Of a stretch of 64,000 bases of DNA, positions 25,190 through 38,444 are shown one piece after another. Every line of letters starts with the position of its first letter. Within the stretch, counting starts at the first letter, position 1. The notes under the pieces are model-generated. The model had not been told where the DNA came from, searched no databases, and saw nothing but the letters and a program-made list of their open reading frames with translations. The position numbers and the translations under genes were made by a program. Source of the DNA: Lama glama (lineage: Eukaryota); NCBI GenBank assembly GCA_028534125.1, contig CM052816.1:18850001-18914000 (forward strand), written 5' to 3'.

Positions 25190-25524
25190 GCTTAGACCGC
25201 AGGAATTGGTTTTCTCACAATTTTGGAGGCTGGAAGCCCAATATCAGGGTGCCAGCATGGCTGGGTTCTGGTGAGGGCCCTCTTGCTGCCTTGCAGGTGG
25301 CCACCTTCTTGCTGTGTGCCCACAGTGCATGCACACACAGAGAGGCCCCTCCCTCTCTTCCTCTTCTTACAAGGCCACCACCAGTCCTATTGGATTAGAA
25401 CCCCACCCTGATGACCTCAATTAACCTTACTTACCTCGTAAAAGCCCTATCTTCAAATACAGTCACACTGGGGATTGGGGCTCCAACATATATATTTGAG
25501 GGGCACATAATTCAGTCCACAACA
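25190..25524 (-). mobile_element. MLT1A-type MaLR solo LTR
   Basis: ttctcacaattttggaggctggaag..gggttctggtgagggccctctt..ccaccctgatgacctcaattaacc..caaatacagtcacactggggatt..attcagtccacaaca. Confidence 0.85.
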
Positions 25525-26284
25525 ACGTCCGAGATGAATTTCACTATGCCTCATATACAAAGTTCTTCCAGACTAAGGATCTTTGTCCTCCGAGGCATGT
25601 CTGTGATTAATGCAGCCCATTTTCCTACAAGAAACCTATAAAAATCATCTCTGTCCACAGTCTGTCATCTTCCCATTGCTCAGATCAGCTCCCTCCCCTT
25701 GCAATCACCACTAAACCGCAGAGATAATTACCCGTCTGAGGGCTGCAGTCCTCCCACATAACCTGAAGCCATTGCCATTTGTCACAACAGATCATTTCTA
25801 GACCTCTGACAGCCAGCCCTAGAAGCAGAAAGAATGCTCATTTTCCTCGCCCTGCCAGAGCTTCAGAAAGAACTCAGCTCAAAATAGATGCTATTGAAGC
25901 AGGAGACACACGAGGAGGTACACAGTCTACCAATACCTCAACACAAGCCTCTCCTCACCCTCCATCCTATTGACTGCGTGGGAGCCACTGCCGGAAGCTC
26001 TGTAATCCAAAACCATCCAGTATGCATGGGGTTGGCAACCACAAATAGAAAATGAACTGGATCGCTCTCTTTCAAATTAGTATAATGACATTGCCTGGGA
26101 AATGATGATAAAAAAAATAGTTCAAAATATTGGTTTGAATTCTCTTCCCACTATTCTTCTCAGGCTCTTCTCTCTGTTGTTTACAACATTTCCCTCCTAG
26201 TGGTTTCGAGACCCTCGTGTTCAGTAACATATCTTCAGTTCCTAAGAAGGAGAAACCAGTGTCAACCTTGACTTTGCGCACCTG

Positions 26285-26750
26285 CTGTTTCCAGGCCAGC
26301 CACTGGACTTTCTCCTCTTCTGCACCTCACAATCAACCCATGAGTTCTCTAAAGTTTATTTCCTAGATATTTCTCTTTTTTTCCAGTTTTATTAAGATAT
26401 AATTGACAGACAACACTGTATAAGTTTAGAGTGTACCACATAATGGGTTGATATTTGTATATATTGTATTTCTTGAACGTGCCTGTCTTCTATATTCTAT
26501 CCACCCCATCTCTAGTCCAAGCTGTCTTCTCTCACCTGGATGCACACATCTGCCTCCTAAGAGGTCTCAGTGCCCCTGTGTTCTCCTCTGTAATCCATCC
26601 TTCACACAGAAGCCTGAGTCATCCTTCTAAGACACCAATCTTCCTTGCCACTTTCCCGCATTAAACCTTTTAGTACTCCCCATCCCTCTTACGTCAAAGC
26701 CTGCAAACTGTAGTATGGCATACAAGGCCTTCCGTGACCTGGTCCCCCTG
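26285..26750 (+). mobile_element. L2 fragment interrupted by an L1
   Basis: ctagtccaagctgtcttctctcacctggatg..aatccatccttcacacagaagcctgagtcatccttctaa..tggcatacaaggccttccgtgacctgg. Confidence 0.7.
26375..26466 (-). mobile_element. Short L1 3' end nested in an L2
   Basis: ttttttccagttttattaagatataattgacagacaacactgtataagtttagagtgtac; direct repeat tatttct at 26368-26374 and 26467-26473. Confidence 0.8.
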
Positions 26751-28669
26751 CTAATTCAGGATGTCCCCGTGGATCAGGCCTCCAGAGGATGCTGGGAAAA
26801 AACCACATGAGATCCAGCCACTTGAGCTGTCACACTCAGAGTAGTCTAATACACCTCTGTAATCTTAACCCTCAGGAGGTCAAAAATCACACAGGTAGAG
26901 GGGATCTTAACAAACACAACATGTGGGCCCTTGTTTCAAGGCAGAAGTCATCTAAATCATAGCAGGAAGAGGGCTGACATCGTCTCCAAGAACTCCCCCT
27001 TCCTGGGTCTGACTTCAAAGGAGTTCCTTTGCCAAACAGTATTTTAGATAAAGAGCAAAAATACCCTATATTAAATTAAGCCCATTTGAAATTGACACTA
27101 ATGATCGGATTGGGAAACCCTTTAAATCATGTGGCTGTTCTTCATATAGGGATCAAATGCAAAGCAATCTCCTAGAACAACATTTTAAATGAATCATCTT
27201 CCAAATAGATCCTCCTCTCCAGAGTGGCCCCATTCCATTCATCTGTGATTACAGTTGTCATTCTGCACAACATGAGAATGACTTTGACGGCTATGCTGAT
27301 CCAGGGAGAGGAGAAGGGATAAGTCGAGCAGGACAGATTAGTTCTGGAAAATTAGGCACTTGCTGGGTCACCCTGGAGTTTTCAGCTTTGAATTTGGCCT
27401 TATGGAGCATTAAGTCAGTCTGCAGTCTCCCTAGAGTGAGAGCCATTAAAGGACCAAATTGCACAGAGCAACTCTTGAGCCACCAAATAGATGGCAGCCG
27501 CGTGGAGATGAAAGGTTGCAAGCATCGCACAGGCAGAAGCCATGGCTCCATCTCCACACCATCCCTTGGACATGGAAGCCATTGTGTAGCCTGAACCCAC
27601 TTCCCAGAAAATCCATCAGTCCATTAGAGGAAAGCCCCACCATGAGCGAGAGAGCTGAGACTCTCAACGAAGGGCCAGTAACGCTTTAAGTGAGGAAACC
27701 CCATTTCAAATCTATTTCGCTCCCTCATTTTCCATTCTCCACTCTCCTATTCAATCCATGCCACAAATTATCCCTGGAGAACCCCACAATCAGCACAGCA
27801 GGCTCTGGTCACCCAGCCATAAGACTGTCCATTTCTCCAAATGAAAAATGCACGTGCTCCTAACTGGAGGTTTAGTGCTGAAGTTCGGTCAGTATAGGAA
27901 GAGAAGAGCTCAGGCCCACCCACATGCCTTGTCCTCTGTCCTGGCCTGTCTTTTGTGGACAGACTGCAACCATGCAGAGATGGTGCTGCCACCTTCAGGC
28001 CAGGCCCAGCTCCCAGCAGTGTGGCATGAAGATGGCGCTCAGACTAACGGCAGCCCTCCCTTCCCCTACCACCCTCAGCCGCAGAAGGCAGAGAAGAGCT
28101 TAATTTCTAAAATTCCATCAGTTGACTCCATCCTAAGCCCTTTGGCCCTGGATGCTCAAGTCAAGGCCCTGCCCGATTTTCCTTGGAGTCTTGGTTTCAT
28201 TATCCCATGATAATGAAGATGGCTGGGGAGGTGTTCTCCAAGCTTCCCTCATGAGCCTGGGTGCTCGGTTCTCAAGGCCAGGGAAAGATTTTTCATTAGA
28301 AAGAGCAACTGAAGAAACCTGCAAGGCAGCCTCCTGGGACTACAGCAGGGATGGGAGGAAGCCAGCAAGCCTGTGTGTGAGCTGAGTTAGCTGGACACAA
28401 GAGCACTGTCCAGTTCAGACAGATTCCACATAGGCAGGAAGATCACATCTGCAGAATGGTGACCATGGCCTGCCTGCCCCAAACTCTCAGCAACCTGCCA
28501 CATCTCTCTGAGTTATTCATTCCTTGCCATAAGCATGATCTTTTCCCAAGCGCTGGGTAAGAATAAATCCTTCTGGTGGAGAGCATCAACCACTGGGTTC
28601 CCAGCAGGTTCATGTGGGTAAATTAATCAGATCAGAAATCTCTGGGGTTTTGGTACCTGTGGCAGTCAC

Positions 28670-29042
28670 TGTTGGTACCCTGCCCATACCCCTTCAACAC
28701 CTACTATTCTCATATCAACCCCATGGCTTCGAACTGCAAACTCCTAAAAGTCTTTGTGCTAGGTTTTTCTCTGGCCAGTGGAGCCTGCTCAGCCCACGTG
28801 CAGCAGCTCTCACCACTGGCGGCAGCTCTCAACCCCTGATGGATAGAAGTTGGGGGATCAATACCCCAGCTCCCTCACCCTTGGTTGTGATAATTCTGAG
28901 CACATACTCCCAGAGCTCTCACCCTCTGCTGCACCCTCAGCCTCCCACAGAGTTAACCCACTAAATAGCACACTCTCTATTGGCTTTTTTCCCTTTCCTC
29001 TCTTACTTCCTCCCTCCCCTCCCCCACTGCCCAGTGTCTCTT
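28670..29042 (+). mobile_element. LTR16-like ERVL solo LTR
   Basis: tgttggtaccctgcccatacccc..ataccccagctccctcaccctt..ataattctgag..ctctattggcttttttccctttcct. Confidence 0.65.
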
Positions 29043-30419
29043 AGAATTAAAAGCCAGATATATGTGATTTCAAAGCCCCAAATCTTTCTATAACACCAGG
29101 CTGCCAATTGCTCCCAGCTCCTCTACACCCAGCCACCCCTGAGTGGCAGACAGCGAATTGGGGCAATGTGGAGTCCCGTGTTCAGAGTCCATACTGGCCT
29201 CCCAGGCAATAGCTTATTCACAGGTGCTGCATTCTTGGCATTCCGTGCCTGTTTGCACTCAGACTGTAACCCAGGTGTTTGGCTGTATATCCAAAGTCCA
29301 GGAGGGTTTTTTTTTTCCTTTAAGCTGGGATGCTAAAAGAGGCTGCAATGCTAGGGATTCTGGCACTGAATGCCCCTTCAGGTTCATTCAAGCCCTGAAT
29401 ATCTGTGAAATGGTCCACAGCGGCCCAAGGCAGAACTATAAATATAATGAAATTGTCCCCCCTTAAAAAGTCACAGCTTAATGGTTGCTCTAATTGTTGA
29501 GAACTTTATTAAAAGAGACCACAGTGTAATTTTGGAAATTAACCTAGCACCAGCTGCAGCTTCCTGGCCCCAGAGCCGTGGACATATATCCTTGTCTTCA
29601 CACATATGCTCATCTGGACATGGGGTGGTCTCGAGGGGCTGAGGCATGCAAGATGAAATCCCACAAATCTCCATTATTAAATCCATGATGTATTTCAAAT
29701 CCCTCCCTCTATCTTGGTAATGACACCTCTGACATCACTCCAAAGGAGGAGAGAGGGAGGGCGGCTGGGAGCAAGAGAGAAAGAGGTTCTCTTTTTGTCT
29801 GTCCACATCTACTAACCTCTTCTTTGCCATATTCTTGGGAACAGTGAAGGTGTGTTTATCTTCTGGAACAGGTCTCCTCATGCAACCCTCCCAGCCCAGA
29901 GAAAGGGCTGTCAACCACTGACTGATGTAAATCTGCCCAACATCACCTCCCTTTGGTCCCAGTATCCTCAGGCTGCCTTAAGCTAGTTCAGATCCAGTGG
30001 GATACTCTTGCCAGGCCACCCTTGGAGCCCAAGCCTGGTCTTACTCCTCTTCTGCTCTCCTACCTGCTAACAACTTATCTTTGTCTCTCTCCTCAAGCAG
30101 ATATATGGAAAGTAAACTAAATCTCAGATAGGGTTCTCCACCGGAGAATAAATCAGCCCCGAACAGGGATCTTCAGATCTGCAGAAATTCTGCACTTGCC
30201 TAAAACATCTTAGGGATTATCCCTAGTTCCTTGAGGTTTGGGTTGACCTTTTCTGTGGTTGTAATACCTCCAAAGAAAGGGTTTGGAAGTCTTCAGTAAG
30301 GCGCAGATAGGCAATTGGAGGGGCGGGGGCAGGTTCAGTTATTCAAAGGAACTGGGAGCCTTAGACTCCACCTCTAACCTCTGAATGTATTTCATGAGTA
30401 ACATCCCTATGATCATCCC

Positions 30420-30710
30420 CCCACACACTACTCATCCTTCCAAACCCAGACAAACACTGCCTTCTCTAGAAAGCCCTCCCTGATTCCCTGTGCCAAAGGA
30501 GGCCTCTTGTCCTCCAGAATTCTCTGTGTCTCCCTCCTTGGTGGTGCCGCATGTCACCCTCACTTGTGTGCATGCCCCAGCATTCTCAGTGTGCAGTGGG
30601 CCCAGGGCAGGCAGGCCCAGTTCCTTCTCTCAGGCCACAGTCCCCACTCCTAATACTGATAAAGAGTCATCTTGTTGCAAAGGCAACGAGGTACTCAGTA
30701 AATGTTAAGG
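30420..30710 (+). mobile_element. L2 3' fragment
   Basis: tactcatccttccaaacccag..ccttctctagaaagccctccctga..ggtactcagtaaatgtt. Confidence 0.6.
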
Positions 30711-30934
30711 GAGAACATGGGTAAAGGAATAACTTTTTAGGTCCCACCATGACAGGAGTGGCAATAGGTGGGCATTTCATGACGCTCCCCTCCCCCAATA
30801 CAAACTCCAAAATATACCATATAGTAATAATAGAACTACCTGTACTACAACCAGCTCGCTTCTCCAGATGTTGACTCCTCAGCAAAACAGAGATGTGAGG
30901 AGGAAGAAAGCATGATTAATAAGGAGGAAAGGCA

Positions 30935-31425
30935 TGTCCTTGATCAGCCAGGGCCCAGTCAAAAAAAAAAAAAATGAAGCACTTTAATGGAAAGGTTTCA
31001 GTACAAAGAACAAGTTACAAAGGTATTGGAAGAGCAGAAACACCAAAAAAGGAAAGATGAAGCAACACAGAGATTAGCAATAGCAGGAATCTGCTACCAT
31101 CCCCAGGCTGGAAGGTCAAAGGAAAGTGCCCTGGAGCCAAGGCCACCAGTCAGAAGCTGGGACCACAGAGAGCAAGACTGTCTGCGGGTCATGGAACCGC
31201 AGGGGAGATGCAGCCATTGCCTGAGGTACTGCCCTGAACAGAAAGGGACAGACACACCCTCGCTTCTTCCTGCTTCTCACCCTCCAGTCTCCCACTAGGG
31301 CCTCCCACTGGCTAAGCACAGGCCAGAAGCCAGAAGGCAAGAGAGCCTGAGAAAGCAGTCTGAGCAGTCAGCCAACCTGTGATGCAAACTGGGGCAGGAG
31401 GCAAAACAGGCCTGAGAGCAGCAGT
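30935..31425 (-). mobile_element. LTR33-like ERVL solo LTR
   Basis: gcaacacagagattagcaatagcaggaa..ccaggctggaagg..cctccagtctcccactagggcctcccactggctaa..cagaagccagaaggcaagagagcc. Confidence 0.65.
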
Positions 31426-33079
31426 CCAAGCACCAACACTCTGCTGTTGTCTCTCCAGCAATAACCATCTGCCTTCCTCTGCTGTGGTCCTGGGTTCTCC
31501 TTTCTCCCTCTGCTTCTCCTATCCCCCATGCCAAGCCAAGATATGAGTAGGGGCTACTTCTGAAAGTCTGTTCCCAGACGACAACCAGTCAAGCCAAGGA
31601 GGGTGGCTCATTGGACCCTGGGTGATCACCCACGTTTGGCAACAGGCACAGGAGAACCCAGAATTGCCCAGCTCCCTCACCTCACTCCCAGGTAGTGCCC
31701 ACCCCACACATTCCAATGGGTCCATAACATCAATTCAGTCAGGGTTATAGTCGACTCAGTCTCTTAGGGCTTGTTAGGATGCCTCTGATACATAGATCTG
31801 GGTAGCATTCTCTTAATTCATTTTGATGAGAGCTTCCAGAGTGGTTTGGCCCACAAGAGGGAGGAATTAGGAAGTCTGCTCTGCAGAAAAATGCACACAT
31901 GAACACGTATGTACGTGGATGCACACTCACATACATACACGTGCTGGAATTCCCTGGACATTTTCCCAACGTTCTCCTTCAAGCTGATTCTTTTTTCCCC
32001 CTTGATAAGCCAAAGCTTTGGCTTGAGGGCCCAATGTTCTAACATTAAAAAGCCACTGTTCATCAGAAACACACATCAAAATCTGGAAGCCAGTGACCAA
32101 TAATGCTGAGAACAACCAACTCCTGACATTTAAGCAGAGCTCACACAGCCATGAATGTTTATAGGAAGACATGGAAGAAATCTTACTTTGCAGAGAAACA
32201 GTTGGATGTTTAAAAGCTTTGTTTATACTTAAGCATCTGCCTCAGGAATTTGACATGTTACATAAACTCATTGCCACACACCTTGTCGAAACTTTCATCA
32301 GAGAAATGGAAAAAGATTCGCGAGGGCAGGTAGACCCTGGCTCTTGCAGTCTCAGCCTCAAACCCCAAGTAGACTTGCCCTCCACCCACCCGAACTTTTT
32401 TGAGGTTTTCTGCAACAAGGTTTAGTCTTGGTTTTAGGGTCTATCATTGATCTCTGCAGAGCCCGAGGCAGTGTCCAAACCCAAAGGAGATGGGGCAGTT
32501 GGAAACTCAGACCAGTGGTGGCAGCTCAGCAACTATCAAGGAAGTCATTTTGGGGGCCTGGGCCCTCTTTGTGGCCAAGAGAGTGATTCCCTGAAAGACA
32601 TATGCCCAGAGTTTGTCAACTCTAGCCCTTCACCAGGATATGAAGGCTGACCCTGAGGCTCTGAGGGTCTCCTATTGGGCAGCTGTGACAGCCAGCATGG
32701 GCAGGACAGGGAATCTGGTTTGTCTCCCATATTCCTGCCTCTCCATCAATGACCTCCTCCCCCCATACTACCTAGGACACCCTCAAAAGTCCTTAAAATG
32801 CCCTAAGCCATCAAATCCCATCAAGCCTGTGCCAGGCATCTTGGATCAGATGCATACTGACAAGGAACTAAACCCTAAGTCCCAGAGCAGAATTCCCCAG
32901 TTGAGACCACAGGGGTGGTGGTGCTGTTAGGGTCCCCATCCTGTCTAGAGGGCATCATCACATCCCAGCGTTTGCAGGAGAGCAGGGATCTAAGGGTGGG
33001 AGAGATGGACGCTGATCAACCAGAGCCCGGGGAACTGCTCTGGAAACAAGTTCACCTCTAAGTGGAGAACTGTGGCCTC

Positions 33080-33510
33080 CTGAATCCAGTCCTGACAGCC
33101 CTCCAGCCTCATTTGGTGTCCCCACCGGACTCTTTTCATTTGGCTCTCAGAGCCCCTCCACCTTCATGACATACAGCTTGGGGTTTCTTGTACCCATGCC
33201 TTTCCTCCTCCTGGAAGGCTCTTCCCTGACTACAAAACACTTATCTTCAAGGACCAGTCAACCATCACTTCTGGTCTCTCTCTTGCCTGCCTGGGCCCCT
33301 TTCTTGCCCAAATTGAGGTGACCCTTCCTTCTTCTGATGCCCCATGGCTGCTATAGCCCTTGTCTTGAATAAAAGACAGTGAGGATCTTTGAGCACATGG
33401 CTCATCTGCTCCAGTGGACACAAAGACCCACAGGGACAGGGGTCAGGGCTGTGTCACCAGCCCGGGGCCAGGCACACTTAGATTCCACAACTTAGTTCAC
33501 ATAAAGAGAA
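33080..33510 (+). mobile_element. L2 fragment
   Basis: cctctggaaggctcttccc..cttatcttcaaggaccagtcaaccatcacttc..agggacaggggtcagggctg. Confidence 0.45.
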
Positions 33511-34119
33511 GGCACATCACTTAATTGTATCAGCAGCTCTCCGCCACCTGATGTGGGAGGACAATTCTCTTCCACATATCTGACTTATTGACCACAGACA
33601 TAAAGAGATCTCCATCATCTGATCTAGCCAAGAAAATGCCAAGTCAGCGAGCCATGCCAGCCAAAAACGCATTCTGTCTTCCATGTATCTACAGTCAAAC
33701 AAGCTTCAAACAAACTTTGAACAAGTTGGAAACTTTAGATAAAGCCTCCTCTAGGTATGAGCAAATTTAAAAAATCCCCTACCTCTCGACTACTCATTTG
33801 AGGAAACCCATAGAAATGGACGAATCAGAAGGGCTTATTCTACTTTATAAAATGCAGCATAGAATTCCAGTTCCCCTGGAATAGCATTTCCTGAATAGGC
33901 ATCACCACACCATTGTGACAATTTTTACCATCATCCATTTAACCATCTGTGCTATTACTAATTTTACACTTCTTTTTCATAATAACATTTAAATGACCCT
34001 CTTATTTAAACTTAGCTTTACTCTCCCAATGCATTTTATTTTTCCTAATAACCACTAAAACAAAAACGATTGACATATCTAAAAGTCTGTGGACAACCTA
34101 ACATCTTTTTGTCTCCCAC

Positions 34120-34400
34120 TCATGGCCCGCTCGGGGTGGCCCGTTTGCTCTGCCCACCTTCTGGACCGAAATGTCAACACTTCTGCTCCACTTGATCGGA
34201 ACCGGGCACAGTGGCTACAGTTCCTGGCTCCCGGGCTCTCCGGATGACTCATCAATCTTGCCCCGCAGCTCCTGAGGGCCCGGCTAAGGAGGTTACTGTG
34301 AGCAGAGTTTGCAAACACTGGAAGGCAGAAGCCAGAAGGGCAAAGCCAGGCTTCATGCTCATTTCGGGGAATAACCACACCCGCCCCAGGCTCCCGCCTA
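34120..34400. promoter_or_regulatory. CpG-enriched candidate enhancer or weak promoter
   Basis: 13 CpG dinucleotides between 34128 and 34396 (hand count); AP-1 TGACTCA 34245-34251; RUNX-type AACCACA 34373-34379; KLF/SP ccacacccgcccc 34375-34387. Confidence 0.4.
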
Positions 34401-34689
34401 CTTGCTTTTCATCCTCTGAGCCACTCAAGCAGATGAGAGAACCAACACAGGAAGCCTTTTCTCACAAAGATCCAAGAGCTGCAGGCCCTGTTGAAAGTGG
34501 GGCTGGAGAGCCTTGCAATCGCCTCCTGGGGCGCCCTGGGGGCAGAGGCCATAGGAACAACAGCGGTAGCAACAGTAATAATAATGACAACCTATAGCCC
34601 CTGAAGTCCTGCTGCATGGGTGCCAGGCACATTTCACCAGCACCTGGCACCACACATCACACACACAAGGCAGAGAGAATAGAAGGTCC

Positions 34690-34935
34690 GCAATAATTAC
34701 ACCTGTGATTTACTGAGCGCCTCCTCTGCATCCAGCTGGGATAAATGCTTTACATACATTCACTTATTTAAGCCTAACGTGGCCTCTCAAGGAATTTATT
34801 ACCAATGAGAACATGCTTATAGAAGGAGATCCTGAGGCTGACTGCTGACGTGAAGGGACAAGCCCAAGGTCATATGGCTCCTGAGTTCCAACAGCCAGAA
34901 GAGCCCACACCCAGCCTATAGGGCTCCAGCACCCA
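34690..34935 (-). mobile_element. MIR
   Basis: atttactgagcgcctcctctg..tgctttacatacatt..atagaaggagatcctgaggct..gcccaaggtcatatggct. Confidence 0.65.
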
Positions 34936-35619
34936 TACTGCTTCTGCTATTCACGGAAACCTATCTGAGACCAGCTCTCCCTAGCCATGCTGGTTTCCTC
35001 AGGCAGACATCATCATCAGTCTGTGGGTTGCCAACAGAGACTGCATCCTCTCAGGCCTTGAGCACCATGCTGATGGGGAATCACCCATCTTCAGAATTCC
35101 CAGCAAGCAGCCAGGATCCTGGGGTTAGACTGGGTGCTGAGATGGGAGTAAGAGGAGAGAAAGCTCAGCCAGGGGATTATACAGGCATCTCAGGGTCTCC
35201 AAAGAGCAAACTCTTTATATGGGAGTCTTTCCCTTTCAAAGCAGCAGAATCCATAAGGGCTGGCCACACACAGGATGCCTTTGCCCAAGTGGCCTGTTTG
35301 GATGCAGCAGATGCCTCGGGGGCTCAGGCCTCATTCATGCCCGGTCAGGGGAGTCTGTGGTGCGGGGTTATTCAGAAGGGGTTTCAGCCTGTCTGAGAAG
35401 CCCTGGTGCCCTGCAAGGCCCCACACACTCTGCCCTCCAACCCCGTCTGCCTGTCCATCCTCACGCCCCACTGCTCCGCCACACGATCAGATTCTGATGC
35501 TTCTAGTCAGCTTCGCTGATCTTTCTATTAAACCCAGGACCACAGACTTTTATTATGACCATCTTAAATACAACTCACTTTCAAAATCTTTTGGCCAGTC
35601 TTACCTGCTTCATTATCTT

Positions 35620-37880
35620 TCAACTAATATTTTTCTCATTCTAAATACAAAAATTGGAACAAACTTGGAAAACATGAAAAGTATAAAGAATATAAGAAAT
35701 TGCTCAAATCCAACCACCCAGACATAAGCACCATTAACATGTTGGTATATTTTCCTTCCTTTCTTCCATTTTTCTCTATGTCTGATAATTTTTAATAAAA
35801 AAAAAGGAATAATGCTATATATAGCTTGTATCCTGGTGTTTTCATTTAATATACTGTAAGCATTTTCTCATGTCATTTAATGACAGGAATCTTCAAAAAC
35901 ATGATTTCTAATGGCCACAGAGTATTCATCATATGGCTGGGCTATGATTTAGTTAACTGTTACCACATTGTTAGACGTTTCGGCTGTTTCCAATTTTTTC
36001 CATTAAAATAATGCTACAACATAAGTTTGTATACGAATCTCTGATTCTTCTGCAGAATAAATTCATAGAAGATGAACACATGGCCCCTAGGTATGGATAT
36101 TTTCTGGCTTTTGATACAAAGCATTTGAGAAAGCTGGTTCAGTGTATCAGCCCCTCACCTGAGGATCAAAGTGCCGATTTCACTGTATCCTCAGCATCAC
36201 TGGAACTTATCAGTTTAAAAGTGCTTTCCCTCTTGAAATATGAAAAATGATATATCGTTTTAATGTACATTTTTTGAGTGTTAGTGAAGCTTGGCATTTT
36301 TCCACATGCTTATTGGCCTTTTCCTTTTTTCTTTGGTGGTTTGGTTTTTCACGTCTTTTGCTCTTTTTACTATTGTGCATTCATATTTTTCTTACTGAAC
36401 TGTAAAAAAGGCTTATACTGGAAATATGGAAGATAAAGTAAATATTCCTTCATATGGTCTTCTAGCTTTAAGAGGGCAATTTTGACGTTTATGCCTTTAT
36501 TTCATCTGGAATGTATTTTGATGTACAGTCTATGACAGCCATTCCCATGCTTTTTCATGTGAATTAGGTACCCTCATCCCACACAGCGAAACTTCATTTT
36601 AACAAGCGCTCCAAGGAATTCTAAAGTCTCTGCCCACCCTTTAGTAAACACTAATATGGGGTAAGAAGCTAACATTTTTAAAATAATGGATGAACTGTGC
36701 CAGCATATTTATTGAAAAACCCTTCCTTACCAATTGCTATGAAATTCTAAATGATACACTGCATTCCTTTATCTACTTTGGTCTATTCTTACACTTTATT
36801 TTATTTGGTTGATTTGTCTTTTTAGTCTTTTTGTCTTTTTAGTCTTAATACTCATTTTATGAGTATTAAGATCTTGGAATACACACAAATATCTGGACTT
36901 ACAAATCCCCCTACAAATCTTATTTTTCAAAACTTCCTTGACCATTCTTGACAACTTCTTAATTACCAGATAATCTTTGTAAAGTTTCTCTGAAAAATCC
37001 TTTTAGAATTTTGTTTGATATTCCCATAAACTGCGGACCTAATTTAGAGAAGTTAGTACAAAAATAATAGCTAATATTTATTGAGCCATTCCTATGTGGC
37101 AGGCAGTGCTTTAAGCACTTTCCACATACCAACTCGCAACAATCTTATTGGACAATTATTATTATTGTCTCCATTTAATAGATGAGAAAACTGAAGCCCA
37201 GAGATATTTCATAATGACCAGGATCACATTGAGCAAGGAGTACAGCTGGCACTTGGATCTAGGTCATTTAACTACAGCACTTTCTCTTCACCTTCATGCA
37301 GTACTTTCTCACATGCCTTCAAAATATGCAGTCTTCCAATTCATGAGCATGATGTATGTTCCCATTGATTCAAAGAATCTTTAATGACTTCCAGTAATGT
37401 TCTGCACTTTTCAATACATAATTAATAAGTGTTCAACATATTACTTACTTAGTTTATTCCCATGTATTTTGTATGTTTAGACAATTAAAGTGAGATTTTG
37501 GTATTAAGTACTTTTCCAACTGGCTAGTGTTAATACACAGGACAGCTAAAGCATGTATTTACATAGGCTGGCCACCTTACTGAACTCTCTTATTAATGCT
37601 AATAATATTTCTATTGATATTATTAAGTTTTCTTACAAGATAATTACACACTTTTAAAATAACGACAATTTGGGTTTTTTTTTCCAATAGCTATACCTTT
37701 TGTTTTCTGGTTCCATGCCTTATTTCATGGAGTGAACATTAAATAGTAGAGGTAAGAGGGAACATTCTTATCATATTGCTGGTTTTAATGGGAATGTATC
37801 TATTGTTTTTCTATTTTCTACATGTTGACTGTTGGTTTAGACAAATATTCTATATCACGTTAAAGAAGCTTTCTTTGCAT
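35620..37880 (-). mobile_element. Old L1ME-type 3' UTR and ORF2 3' part, interrupted by a MER5-like element and a MIR
   Basis: gtaagcattttctcatgtcatt..tggccacagagtattcatcatatgg..gacgtttcggctgtttccaatttt; gtcttccaattcatgagcatg; ttaaatagtagaggtaagaggggaacattctt. Confidence 0.75.
37062..37300 (-). mobile_element. MIR nested in L1ME
   Basis: aataatagctaatatttattgagccattcctatgtggcaggcagtgctttaagcacttt..ccatttaatagatgagaaaactgaagcccagaga. Confidence 0.85.
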
Positions 37881-38444
37881 CACAACATTTAAAAATTTTA
37901 ACTAATTTTGATAAAAATCTTTCTAAAATGTCTGTCTTCTTCAAACAAAAGATTTAGAGCATAATTTTCCTTGGGGATTCACAATCACTGATTGCACATT
38001 CATTACTGTAATGTTTTAAGATGAATGGAATTCTCTTGCTCCCATATTAATTACATCCATCAACAGAATGTTTCTTGAAATCAGATCTCTGCTTTTCCTG
38101 CTTCTTTTCTATACTATTAGGTTGTTAATTCTTGCTGATGTCAAAATATCTGCCTCTACCTATTCCTCTTTACCCTTCTAAATTGTTGTAGACACACACA
38201 TCAGAAAATGCCACTTTTTAAAGTTATGAATAAAATGAAAGTAAGGTTTAAGAAAGCAATTTCTTCACAAGAAAGAGCAAATGTGTTATTAGATAAGAAA
38301 TCTTGAGCCATTTTGTCTGTTAATTAAACTTCTCCTGTATTCAGTGGCTGTCAGCTCTGCTCTAGAGAGGAGTGGATTCCTGGGAGATGAAACATTATTA
38401 TCTCTGCAGGTGGAAACTAAACATAAACACGCTTTAAGAACTTC

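Noticed and set aside
31890..31945. CA/TA/CG-alternating tract
   Set aside because: Degenerate microsatellite-like sequence without further structure.
36817..36846. Short tandem duplications (gtctttttagtcttttt; also acactgaactg x2 at ~5346-5369 and gtaaaacaga x2 at ~41199-41220)
   Set aside because: Ordinary slippage duplications; no repeat-spacer periodicity, so not CRISPR-like.
15435..37880. Idea that the L1 5' half (15.4-19.4 kb) and the L1ME 3' part (35.6-37.9 kb) are one split element
   Set aside because: On the minus strand the 5' half should lie at higher coordinates, and both pieces contain the same RT segment (~15450-15760 and ~37620-37870).
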